NCBI RefSeq assembly: GCF_009914755.1
Contig: NC_060933.1
Reading direction: 5' to 3' (one strand)
DNA from: the human T2T-CHM13v2.0 reference genome, Homo sapiens
Length of the DNA: 64,000 nucleotides
A program made the position numbers and the translations under genes. Positions 28,501-41,845 of the stretch are shown here, piece after piece. The stretch's first letter is position 1. Every line of letters starts with the position of its first letter. The notes below the pieces were generated by a model, which saw only the letters and a program-made list of their open reading frames with translations, was not told the DNA's origin and did no database searches.

Positions 28501-29060
28501 CATTCCATTGCAATCGAGTTGAATCCATTGCATTTCATTTCATTCCATTCCATTCCATTCCGGAAGATTCCATTCCATTGCATTCCATTCCATTGCATTC
28601 CCCTGCACTCGCGTTGATTCCATTCCATTCCATTCCATTCCATTCCATTCTATTCCATTCCATTCCGTTCCGTTCCTTTCCATTCCATTCCATTCCATTC
28701 CATTCCATTCCATTCCATTCCGTTCCGTTACTTTCCATTCCATTCTATTCTAATCGGGTTAATTCCATTCCATTCCATTCGATTGCAATCGAGTTAATTC
28801 CATTCCATTCCATTCCATTCCATTCCATTCCATTCCATTCCATTCCATTCCTTTCCATTACATTACGGATGATTCCATTCCATTTCATTCCATTCCATTC
28901 CATTCCCCTGTACTCGGGTTGATTCCATTCCATTCCATTCCAATCCATGCCGTTCCACTCGTGTTGAATCCATTCTTTCCCTTCTATTCAAATTGAATCC
29001 ATTCCATTGCATTGCATTCCATTCGATTCCATTCGATTGCACTCGGGTTGATTCCATACC
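25130..29060 (+). repeat. Direct repeat of ~1.35 kb (25130-26480 and 27710-29060), offset ~2.58 kb
   Basis: Private variants CAACACCCTTAC (~25540, ~28116), GAGTTAATTCC and CTTTCCCTTCTATTCAA (~26394, ~28975). Confidence 0.8.
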
Positions 29061-31190
29061 ACTGCATTCCATTCCATTCCTTTCCATTCCATTCCATTCC
29101 TTTCCATTCCATTCCATGCCATTCGGATTCATTCTATTCAATTCCCTTACACTCCATTACATTCCATTCCATTCGGGTAGTTTCCATTCCATTCCATTCC
29201 ATTCTTCTCCATTCCATTGCACTCGGGTTGATTCCATTCCATTCCATTCCATTCCATTCCGTTCCATTCCATTCCGGATGATTCCATTCCATGGAATTCC
29301 ATTCCATTCCATTCCCCTGCACTTGGGTTGATTCCATTCCATTCCATTCCATTCCTTTCTGTTCCATTCCATTCCATTCCATTCCATTCGGGATGATTCC
29401 ATTCCATTGCATTCCATTCCATTCCATTCCCCTGCACTCGGGTTGACTCCATTCCATTCCATTCCATTACATTCCGTTCCATTCCATTGCATTACATTCT
29501 ATTCGGGTTAATTCCATTCCATTCCATTCCACTCCATTCCAGTCCTTTGCATTCCATTCCACTCGGGTTGATTCCATTCTATTCCTTTCCATTCCATTCC
29601 ATTCCATTTTAATCGAGTTGATTCCATTCGAGTTGAATGCATTCCATTCCATTCCATTCCATTCCATTGCACACGGGTTCATTCCAATCCATTCCATTCC
29701 ACTCCATTCCATTCCATTCCATTACCTTCCATTTCATTCCATTCCATTCTATTCCGTACCATTCCATTCCATCCCATTCCATTCCGTTCCATTCCATGCT
29801 ATTACAGTCAGGTTGATTCCATTCCTTTCCATTCCATTCTTGTTGAATCCATTCCATTCCATTCCATTCCATTCAAATCCATTCCATTGCACTCGGGTTG
29901 ATTCCATACCATTCCATTCCATTCCATTTCATTCCATTCCATTCAATTACATTCGGATTGATTCTATTCAATTCCCTTACACTCCATTACATTCCATTCT
30001 ATTCGGGATTTTTCCATTCCATTCCATTCCATTCCATTCCACTCCATTCCATTGCATCGGGTTGATTGCATTCCATTCCATCCCATTCCATTCCGGATGA
30101 TTCCATTCCATTGCATTCCATTCCATTCCATTCCCCTGCACTCGGGTTGATTACATTCCATTCCATTCCCTTCCATTCCTTTCCATTCCATTCAATTCCA
30201 TTCCATTCTATTCGGGTTAATTCCATTCCATTCCATTCCATTCCATTCCATTCCATTCCATTGCAATCGAGTTGATTCCATTCCATTCCGTTCCATTCCG
30301 TTCCGCATGATTCCATTCCATTGCATTCCATTCCATTCCATTCCATTCCATTCCATTCCGTTCCGTTCCATTCCATTCCATTCCATTCCATTCCATTCCA
30401 TTCCATTCCGTTCCGTTCCATTCCATTCCATTCCTTTCCATTCGGGTTAATTCCATTCCATTCCATTCCATTCCATTCCATTCCATTCCATTCCATTCCT
30501 ATCGAGTTGATTCCATTCCATTCCATTCCATTCCATTTCACTCCATTCCAGTCCTTTCCATTCCATTCCACTTGGGTTGATTCCATTGTATTCCTTTCCA
30601 TTCCATTCCATTCCATTGCAATCGAGTTGATTCCATTGCTTTGCATTCCATTCCATTCCATTCCATTCCGGATGATTCCATTCCATTGCATTCCGTTCCA
30701 TTCCATTCCCCTGCACTCGGGTTGATTCCATTCCATTCCACTGCATTCCATTCCATTCCATTCCATTCCATTGTATTCGGGTTAATCCATTCCATTCCAT
30801 TCCATTCCATTCCATTCCATTCCATTACAATCGAGTTGATTCCATTCCATTCCATTCCATTCCATTCCATTCCAGTCCTTTCCATTCCTTTCCACTCGTG
30901 TTGATTCCATTCTATTAGTTTCCATTCCATTTCATTCCCTTCCATTCCACTCTGGTTGATTCCATTCCTTTCCATTCCACTCGAATACATTCCCTCCTAT
31001 TTCACTCGGAACGATTCCATTCCATTCGTTTCCATTCCATTCCATTCCATTCCATTTCATTCCATTCCATTCTATTCCGTAGCATTCCATTCCATTCCAT
31101 TCCATTCCATTCCATTCCATTCCATTCCATTCCACTCGTGTTGATTCCATTCCTTTCCATTCCATTCGGTTTGAAGCCATTCCATTCCAT
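26440..31190 (+). repeat. Direct repeat of ~1.3 kb (26440-27700 and 29890-31190), offset ~3.5 kb
   Basis: Private variants CGGGATTTTTCC, TTCCGCATGA (~26830, 30301), 1-nt-deleted GGGTTAATCC (~27283, ~30779), CTATTTCACTCGGAAC and TTTGAAGCC. Confidence 0.8.
27461..27960 (+). repeat. 250 bp tandem duplication
   Basis: CCACTCTGGT at 27461 and 27711, CCACTCGAAT at 27491 and 27741, GGTTTGAAG at 27672 and 27922. Confidence 0.82.
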
Positions 31191-34100
31191 TCCATTCCAT
31201 TCCATTCCATTCCATTGTACTCGGGTTGATTCCATTCCATTGCATTCCATTCCATTCCATTCCATTCCATTCCGTTGCATTCCATTCCATTACATTTGGA
31301 TTGATTGTATTCAACTCCCTTACTCTCCATTACATTCCATTCCATTCGGGTTGTTCCATTCCATTCCATTCCATTCCACTCCATTCCATTGCACTCGGGT
31401 TGATTCCATTCCATTCCATTCCATTCCATTCCATTCCATTCCATTCCGGATGTTTCCATTCCATTGCATTCCGTTCCATTACATTCCCCTGCACTCGCGT
31501 TGATTCCATTCCATTCCATTCCATTCCATTCAAATCCATTCCATTACAATTCTTTCCATTCCATTCTATTTCGTACCATTCCATTCCATTCCATACCATT
31601 CCATTCCATTCCATTCCATTTCGTTCCATTCCGTTCCATTCCATTCCATTCCATTCTATTCGGGTTAATTCCATTCCATTCCATTCCATTCCATTCTATT
31701 GCATTCCATTGCAATCGAGTTGAATCCATTGCATTTCATTCCATTCCATTCCATTCCATTCCATTCCGGAAGATTCCATTCCATTGCATTCCATTCCATT
31801 CCATTCGCCTGCACTCGCGTTGATTCCATTCCATTCCATTCCATTCTATTCCGTTCCGTTCCATTCCATTCCATTCCATTCCATTCCGTTCCGTTCCATT
31901 CCATTCCATTCCATTCTATTCGGGTTAATTCCATTCCAATCCTTTCGATTGCAATCGAGTTGATTCCATTCCATTCCATTCCATTCCATTCCATTCCATT
32001 CAATTCCTTTCCATTCCATTACGGATGATTCCATTCCATTGCATTCCATTCCATTCCATTCCCCTGTACTCGGGTTGATTCCATTCCATTCCATTCCAAT
32101 CCATGCCATTCCACTCGTGTTGATTCCATTCTCTCCATTCCATTCAAGTTGAATCCATTCCATTGCATTCCATTCCATTCGATTCCATTCGATTGCACTC
32201 GCGTTGATTCCATTCCATTGCATTCCATTCCATTCCATTCCATTCCATTCCATTCCGTTCCGTTCCATTCCATTCCATTACATTCGGTTTGATTCTATTC
32301 AATTCCCTTACACTCCATTACATTCCATTCCATTCGGGTAGTTTCCATTCCATTCCATTCCATTCCTCTCCTTTCCATTGCACTCGGGTTGATTCCATTC
32401 CATTCCATTCCATTCCATTCCATTCCATTCCGGATGATTCCATTCCATTGAATTCCATTCCATTCCATTCCCCTGCACTTGGGTTGATTCCATTCCGTTC
32501 CATTCCATTCTTTTCCGTTCCATTCCATTCCATTCCATTCCATTCTATTCGTGTTAATTCCATTCCATTCTATTCCATTCCATTCCATTGAAATCGAGTT
32601 GATTCCATTCCATTCCATTCCATTCCATTCCATTCCATTCCGGATGATTCCATTCCATTGCATTCCATTCCATTCCATTCCCCTGCACTCGGCTTGATTC
32701 CATTCCTTTCCATTCCATTTCATTCCGTTCCATTCCATTCTATTCCATTCTATTCGGGTTAATTCCATTCCATTCCATTCCATTCCATTGCAAACGAGGT
32801 GATTCCATTCCATTCCATTCCATTCGATTTCATTCCATTCCAATCGATTTGATTCCATTCCATTCCATTCCACTCCATTCTAGTCCTTTCCATTCGATTC
32901 CACTCGGGTTGATTCCATTCTCTTTCTTTCCATTCCATTCCATTCCATTGCAATCGAATTGATTCCATTCGAGTTGAATCCATTCCATTCCATTCCATTC
33001 CATTCCATTGCACACGGATTCATTCCATTCCATTCCATTCCATTCCATTCCATTCCATTCCATTCTATTCGGGTTAATTCCATTCCATTCCTTTCCATTC
33101 CATTCCATTCCATTTCATTCTATTACATTCCATTCCATTGCAATCGAGTTGATTCCATTGCATTCCATTCCATTCTATTCCATTCCATTCCATTCCAATC
33201 CATTCCATTCCGAATGATTCCATTCCAATGCATTCCATTCCATTCCATTCCCCTGCACTCGGGTTGATTCCATTCCATTCCATTCTATTCCATTCCGTTC
33301 CATTGCATTCCATTCCATTCTATTCGGGTTGATTCCATTCCATTCCATTCCATGGCAATCGAGTTGATTCCATTCCATTGCATTCCATTCCATTCCTTTC
33401 CATTCCATTCCATTCCATTCCTTTCCATTCCTTTCCGCTCGGTTTGATTCCATTCTATTCATTTCCATTCCATTCCACTCCCTTCCATTCCAATCTGGTT
33501 GACTCCATTCCTTTCAATTCCACTCGAATACATTCCCTTCTATTCCAGTCGGAATGTTTCCATTCCATTCCATTCCATTCCATTCCATTCCATTCCACTC
33601 CAAATCGTTCCATGCCATTCTATTCCGTACCATTCCATTCCATTCTTTTCCATTCCATTCCATTCCATTCCATTCCATTCCATACCGGATGATTCCATTC
33701 CATTGCATTCAATTCCATTCCATTCCATTCCATTCCATTAGCCTGCACTCGGGTTAATTCCTTTCCTTTCCATTCCATTCCATTCCGTTGCATTCCATTC
33801 CATTCCATTCTATTCGGGTTAATTCCATTCCATTCCATTGCAATCGAGTTGATTCCATTCCTTTCCATTCCATTCAATTCCATTCCATTCCAGTCCTTTC
33901 CATTCCTTTCCACTCGGGTTGATTCCATTCCATTGCATTCCATTCCATTCCATTCCCCTGCACTCGGGTTCATTCCATTCCATTCCATTCCATACCGTTC
34001 CATTCCATACTATTCCGTACCATTCCATTCCATTCCATTCCATTCAATTCCATTCCATTCCATGCCATTCCGTCTCGGGTTGATTCCATTCCTTTCCATT

Positions 34101-35199
34101 CCATTCGAGTTGAATCCATTCCATTCCATTCCATTCCATTCCATTCCATTCCATTCCATTCCATTCCATTCGATTCTATTCCATTGCACACGTGTTCATT
34201 CCATTCCATTCCATTCCATTCCATTCCATTTCATTCCATTCCTTTCCACTCCGTTCCATTTCATTCCATTACATTCTGATTGATTCTTTTCAAATCCCTT
34301 ACACTCCATTACATTCCATTCCATTCTGGTAGTTTCCAATCCATTCCATTCCATTCCACTCCATTCCATTGCACTCGGTTTGATTGATTCCATTCCATTG
34401 CATTCCATTCCATTCCATTCCATTCCGGATGATTCCATTCCATTGCATTCCATTCCATTCCATTCCCCTGCACTCGGGTTGATTCCATTCCATTCCATTC
34501 CATTCCATTCCGTTCCATTCCATTCCATTCCATTCTATTCGGGTTAATTGCATTCCATTCCATTCCATTGCAATCGAGTTGATTCCATTCCATTCCATTC
34601 CATTCCATTCCATTCCATTCCAGTCCTTTCCATTCCAATCCACTCGGGTTGATTCCATTCTATTCATTTCCATTCCATTCCATTCCCTTCCATTCCACTC
34701 TGGTTGCTTCCATTCCTTTCCATTCCACTCGAATACATTCCCTTCTATCCCAGTCGGAATGATTCCATTCCTTTCCATTCTATTCCATTCCATTCGATTC
34801 CATTCCAATCCATTCCATTCCATACCGTTCCATTCCATTGTATTCCGTACCATTCCATTCCATTCCATTCCATTCCATTCCATTCCATGCCATGCCATGC
34901 CATTCCGCTCGGGTTGATTCCATTCCTTTCCATTCCATTCGAGTTGAATCCACTCCATTCCATTCCATTCCATTCCATTCCATTCGATTCCATGCCATTG
35001 CACACGGGTTCATTCCGTTCCATTGCATTCCATTTCATTCCATTCCATTCCATTCCATTCCATTCCATTCCATTCCATTCCATTTCGTTCCATTCCATTC
35101 TATTCCATACCATTCCATTCCATTCCATTCCATGCCATTCCACTCGGGTTGATTCCATTCCATTCCATTCCATTCGGGTTGAATCCATTCCATTCCATT

Positions 35200-37455
35200 C
35201 CATTCCATTCCATTCCATTCCATACCATTGCACTCGGGTTGATTCCATTCCATTCCATTCGATTCCATTCCATTCCATTTCATTCCATTCCATTCCGCTC
35301 CATTCCATTCCATTACACTCTGATTGATTCTTTTCAATTCCTTTACACTCCATTACATTCCATTCCATTCGGGTAGTTTCCATTCCATTCCATTGCATTC
35401 CACTCGATTCCATTGCACACGGGTTGATTGATTCCATTCCATTCCATTCCTTTGCATTCCATTCCACTTGGGTTGATTCCATTCCTTTCCTTTCCATTCC
35501 ATTCCATTCCCTTGAATTCCACTCGGGTTGATTCCATTCCTTTCTTCCACTCCATTACATTCCCTTCCAATCCACTCAGAATGATTGATTCCATTCCATT
35601 CCATTCCATTTCATTCCATTGCAATCCATTCCAATCCATTCCATTCCATTCCATTCCACTCGAGTTGATTCCATTCCATTCCTTTCCATTCCATTCCATT
35701 CCATTCCTTTCCATTCCATTCCACTCGGGTTGATTCCATTCTATTCCTTTTCATTACATTCCATTCCCTTCCATTCCACTCTGGTTGTTTCCATTCCTTT
35801 CCATTCCACTCAAATACATTCCCTTCTATTCCACTCGGAATGATTCCATTCCATTCCATTCGATTCCATTCCATTCCATTTCACTCCATTCTATTTCGTT
35901 CCATTCAATTCTATTCCTTACCATTCCATTCCATTTCATTCCATTCCATTCCAATCCATTCCATTCCATTCCATTCCATTCCATGCCATTCCAATCGGGT
36001 TGATTCCATTCCTTTCCATTCCACTCGGGTTGAATCCATTCCATTCCATTCCATTCCATTCCATTCCATTCCATTCCATTCCATTCCGTTCCATTCCATT
36101 CCATTGCACTCGGGTTGATTCCATTCCATTCCATTGCATTCCATTTCATTCCGTTCCATTCCATTCCATTCCGTTCCATTCCATTCCATTACATTAGGAT
36201 TGATTCTATTCAATTCCCTTACACTCCATTATATTCCAATCCATTCTGGTTGTTTCCATTCTATTCCATTCCATTTCACTCCATTCCATTGCACTCGGGT
36301 TGATTCCATTCCATTCCATTCCATTCCATTCCATTCCATTCCATTCCATACCATTGCACACGGGTTGATTGATTCCATTCCATTCCATTCGATTCCATTC
36401 CATTCCATTTCATTCCATTCCATTCCGCTCCATTCCATTCCATTACACTCTGATTGATTCTTTTCAATTCCTTTACACTCCATTCCATTCCATTCCATTC
36501 GTGTAGTTTCCATTCCATTCCATTGCATTCCACTCGATTCCATTGCACACGGGTTGATTGATTCCATTCCATTCCATTCCTTTGCATTCCATTCCACTTG
36601 GGTTGATTCCATTCCTTTCCTTTCCATTCCATTCCATTCCCTTGCATTCCACTCGGGTTGATTCCATTCCTTTCTTCCACTCCATTACATTCCCTTCCAT
36701 TCCACTCAGAATGATTGATTCCATTCCATTCCATTCCATTTCATTCCATTGCAATCCATTCCAATCCATTCCATTCCATTCCATTCCACTCGAGTTGATT
36801 CCATTCCATTCCTTTCCATTCCATTCCATTCCATTCCTTTCCATTCCATTCCACTCGGGTTGATTCCATTCTATTCCTTTTCATTACATTCCGTTCCCTT
36901 CCATTCCACTCTGGTTGTTTCCATTCCTTTCCATTCCACTCAAATACATTCCCTTCTATTCCACTCGGAATGATTCCATTCCATTCCATTCGATTCCATT
37001 CCATTCCATTTCACTCCATTCTATTTCGTTCCATTCAATTCTATTCCCTACCATTCCATTCCATTTCATTCCATTCCATTCCAATCCATTCCATTCCATT
37101 CCATTCCATTCCATGCCATTCCAATCGGGTTGATTCCATTCCTTTCCATTCCATTCGGGTTGAATCCATTCCATTCCATTCCATTCCATTCCATTCCATT
37201 CCATTCCATTCCATTCCGTTCCATTCCATTCCATTGCACTCGGGTTGATTCCATTCCATTCCATTGCATTCCATTTCATTCCGTTCCATTCCATTCCATT
37301 CCGTTCCATTCCATTGCATTACATTAGGATTGATTCTATTCAATTCCCTTACACTCCATTATATTCCAATCCATTCTGGTTGTTTCCATTCTATTCCATT
37401 CCATTTCACTCCATTCCATTGCACTCGGGTTGATTCCATTCCATTCCATTCCATT
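35200..37455 (+). repeat. Tandem duplication with 1,130 bp period
   Basis: ORF pairs at a constant offset of 1130 (35343/36473, 35428/36558, 36115/37245). Private motifs CTTTCTTCCAC, CACTCAGAATGATTGATT, CAAATACATT and TAGGATTG. Confidence 0.93.
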
Positions 37456-38269
37456 CCGGATGATTCCATTCCATTGCATTCCATTCCATTCCATTAGCCT
37501 GCACTCGGGTTGATTCCATTCCTTTCCATTCCATTCCATTCTGTTCCATTCCGTTCCATTGCATTCTATTCGGGTTAATTCCATTCCATTCCATTGCAAT
37601 CGAGTTGATTCCATTCCATTCCATTCCATTCAATTCCATTCCATTCCAGTCCTTTCCATTCCTTTCCACACGGGTTGATTCCATTCCATTGCATTCCATT
37701 CCATTCCTTTCCCCTGCACTCGGGTTGATTCAATTCCATTCCATTCCATTCCATTCCATTCCATTCCATTCCATTCCATTCCATTCCATATCGTACCATT
37801 AAATTCTATTCCGTACCATTCCATTCCATTCCATTCCATTCCATTCCATTCCATTCCATGCCATGCCAATCCGCTCGGGTTGATTCCATTCCTTTCCATT
37901 CCATTCGAGTTGAATCCATTCCATTCCATTCCATTCCATTCCATTCCATTCCATTCCATTCCATTCGATTCTATTCCATTGCACACGTGTTCATTCCATT
38001 CCATTCCTTTCCATTCCTTTTCATTCCATTCCATTTCCAATCCGTTCCATTCCATTCCATTCCATTCCATTGCAATCGTGTTGATTCCATTCCATTCCAT
38101 TCAATTCCATTCCATTCCATTCCATTGCAATCGAGTTGATTCCATTCCATTCCATTCCATTCCATTCCATTCCATTCCATTTTGTTCCAATCCATTCTAT
38201 TCCGAACCATTCCATTCCATTCCATTCCATTCCATTCCATTCCTTTCCATTATATTACGGATGATTCCA

Positions 38270-38620
38270 TTCCATTGCATTCCATTCCATTCCATTCCCC
38301 TGTACTCGGGTTGATTCCATTCCATTCCATTCCAATCCATGCCATTCCACTCGTGTTGATTCCATTCTTTCCATTCCATTCAAGTTGAATCCATTCCATG
38401 GCATTCCATTCCATTCGATTCCATTTGATTGCACTCGGGTTGATTCCATGGCATTGCATTCCATTCCATTCCATTGCATTCCATTCCATTCCATTCCCCT
38501 GTACTCGGGTTGATTCCATTCCATTCCATTCCAATCCATGCCATTCCACTCGTGTTGATTCCATTCTTTCCATTCCATTCAAGTTGAATCCATTCCATTG
38601 CATTCCATTCCATTCCATAC
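38270..38620 (+). repeat. 199 bp-offset tandem repeat of the CATGCC...CAAGTTGAATCC module
   Basis: CCCCTGTACTCGGG at 38297 and 38496; CAAGTTGAATCC at 38381 and 38580. Confidence 0.8.
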
Positions 38621-39689
38621 CCCTGCAGTGGGGTTGATTCCATTCCATTCCATTCCATTCCATTCCATTCCATTCCATTCCATTCCATTCCGTTCCGTTC
38701 CATTCCATTTCATTCCATTCTATTCGGGTTAATTCCATTCCATTCCATTCTATTCCATTCCATTCCATTCCAATCGAGTTGATTCCATTCCATTCCATTC
38801 CATTCCATTCCACTCCATTCCAGTCCTTTCCCTTCCATTCCAGTCGGGTTGATTCCAATGTATTCCTTTCCATTCCATTCCATTCCATTGCAATCGAGTT
38901 GATTCCATTGCTTTGCATTCCATTCCATTCCATTCCATTCCGGATGATTCCATTCCATTGCATTCCATTCCATTCCATTCCCCTGCACTCGGGTAGATTC
39001 CATTCCATTCCACTCTATTCCGTTCCATTCCATTCCATTCCATTGTATTCGGGTTAATTCCATTGCATTCCATTCCATTCCATTCCATTCCATTCCATTA
39101 CAATCGAGTTGATTCCATTCCATTCCATTCCATTCCAGTCCTTTCCATTCCATTCCACTCGGGTTGATTCCATTCTATTAGTTTCCATTCCATTCCATTC
39201 CCTTCCATTCCACTCTGGTTGATTCCATTCCTTTCCATTCCACTCGAATACATTCCATCCTATTCCACTCGGAACGATTCCATTCCATTCCATTCCATTC
39301 CATTCCATTCCATTCCATTCCATTTCGTTCCATTCCATTCTATTCCGTATCATTCCATTCCATTCCATTCCATTCCATTCCATTCCATTCCATTCCATTC
39401 CATTCCATTGTACTCGGGTTGATTCCATTCCATTGCATTCCATTCCATTCCATTCCATTCCATTCCGTTTCATTCCATTCCATTACATTCAGATTGATTC
39501 TATTCAACTCCCTTACTCTCCATTACATTCCATTCCATTCGGGTTGTTCCATTCCATTCCATTCCATTCCACTCCATTCCATTGCACTCGGGTTGGTTCC
39601 ATTCCATTCCATTCCATTCCGGATGATTCCATTCCATTGCATTCCGTTCCATTACTTTCCCCTGCACTCGCGTTGATTCCATTCCATTC

Positions 39690-41845
39690 CATTCCATTCC
39701 ATTCAATTCCATTCCATTACAATTCGTTCCATTCCATTCTATTCCGTACCATTCCATTCCATTCCATACCATTCCATTCCATTCCATTCCGTTCCATTCC
39801 GTTCCATTCCATTCCATTCCATTCTATTCGGATTAATTCCATTCCATTCCATTCCATTCTATTCCATTCCATTGCAATCGAGTTGAATCCATTGCATTTC
39901 ATTCCATTCCATTCCATTCCATTCCATTCCGGAAGATTCCATTCCATTGCCTTCCATTCCTTTCCATTCCCCTGCACTCGCGTTGATTCCATTCCATTCC
40001 ATTCCATTCCATTCCATTCCATTCCGTTCCGTTCCATTCCTTTTCGTTCCATTCCATTCCATTCCATTCCATTCCTTTCCATTCCATTGCGGATGATTCC
40101 ATTCCATTGCATTCCATTTCATTCCATTCCATTCGGATTGATTCTATTCAATTCCCTTACACTCCATTACATTCCATTCCATTCGGGTAGTTTCCATTCC
40201 ATCCCATTACATTCCTCTCCATTCCATTGCACTCGGGTTGATTCCATTCCATTGCATTCCATTCCATTCCATTCAATTCCATTCCGTTTCATTCCATTCC
40301 ATTACATTCGGATTGATTCTATTCAACTCCCTTACTCTGCATTACATTCGATTCCATTCCGGTTGTTCCATTCCATTCCATTCCATTCCACTCCATTCCA
40401 TTGCACTCGGGTTGATTCCATTCCATTCCATTCCATTCCATTCCATTCCATTCCATTCCGGAAGATTCCATTCCATTGCATTCCATTCCATTCCATTCCC
40501 CTGCACTCGCGTTGATTCCATTCCATTCCATTCCATTCCATTCCCTTCCTTTCCATTCCATTCCATTCCATTCCATTCCATTCCGTTCCGTTCCGTTCCA
40601 TTCCATTCCATTCCATTCTATTCGGGTTAATTCCATTCCATTCCATTCGATTGCAATCGAGTTGATTCCATTCCATACCATTCCATTCCATTCCATTCCA
40701 TGCCATTCCATTCCTTTCCATTCCATTACGGATGATTCCATTCCATTGCATTCCATTCCATTCCATTCAATTCCATTCCATTACAATTCGTTCCATTCCA
40801 TTCTATTCCGTACCATTCCATTCCATTCCATACCATTCCATTCCATTCCATTCCGTTCCATTCCGTTCCATTCCATTCCATTCCATTCTATTCGGATTAA
40901 TTCCATTCCATTCCATTCCATTCTATTCCATTCCATTGCAATCGAGTTGAATCCATTGCATTTCATTCCATTCCATTCCATTCCATTCCATTCCGGAAGA
41001 TTCCATTCCATTGCCTTCCATTCCTTTCCATTCCCCTGCACTCGCGTTGATTCCATTCCATTCCATTCCATTCCATTCCATTCCATTCCGTTCCATTCCT
41101 TTTCGTTCCATTCCATTCCATTCCATTCCATTCCTTTCCATTCCATTGCGGATGATTCCATTCCATTGCATTCCATTTCATTCCATTCCATTCGGATTGA
41201 TTCTATTCAATTCCCTTACACTCCATTACATTCCATTCCATTCGGGTAGTTTCCATTCCATTCCATTACATTCCTCTCCATTCCATTGCACTCGGGTTGA
41301 TTCCATTCCATTGCATTCCATTCCATTCCATTCAATTCCATTCCGTTTCATTCCATTCCATTACATTCGGATTGATTCTATTCAACTCCCTTACTCTGCA
41401 TTACATTCGATTCCATTCCGGTTGTTCCATTCCATTCCATTCCATTCCACTCCATTCCATTGCACTCGGGTTGATTCCATTCCATTCCATTCCATTCCAT
41501 TCCATTCCATTCCATTCCGGAAGATTCCATTCCATTGCATTCCATTCCATTCCATTCCCCTGCACTCGCGTTGATTCCATTCCATTCCATTCCATTCCAT
41601 TCCCTTCCTTTCCATTCCATTCCATTCCATTCCATTCCATTCCATTCCGTTCCGTTCCGTTCCGTTCCGTTCCATTCCATTCCATTCCATTCTATTCGGG
41701 TTAATTCCATTCCATTCCATTCGATTGCAATCGAGTTGATTCCATTCCATACCATTCCATTCCATTCCATTCCATGCCATTCCATTCCTTTCCATTCCAT
41801 TACGGATGATTCCATTCCATTGCATTCCATTCCATTCCATTCCCC
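39690..41845 (+). repeat. Tandem duplication with ~1,060 bp period
   Basis: ORF offsets 1064 and 1059 (39717/40781, 40238/41297). Private variants CTATTCGGATTAA, ATTGCCTTCC, TTGCGGATG and CTCTGCATTACATTCGATTCCATTCCGGTTG. Confidence 0.92.
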
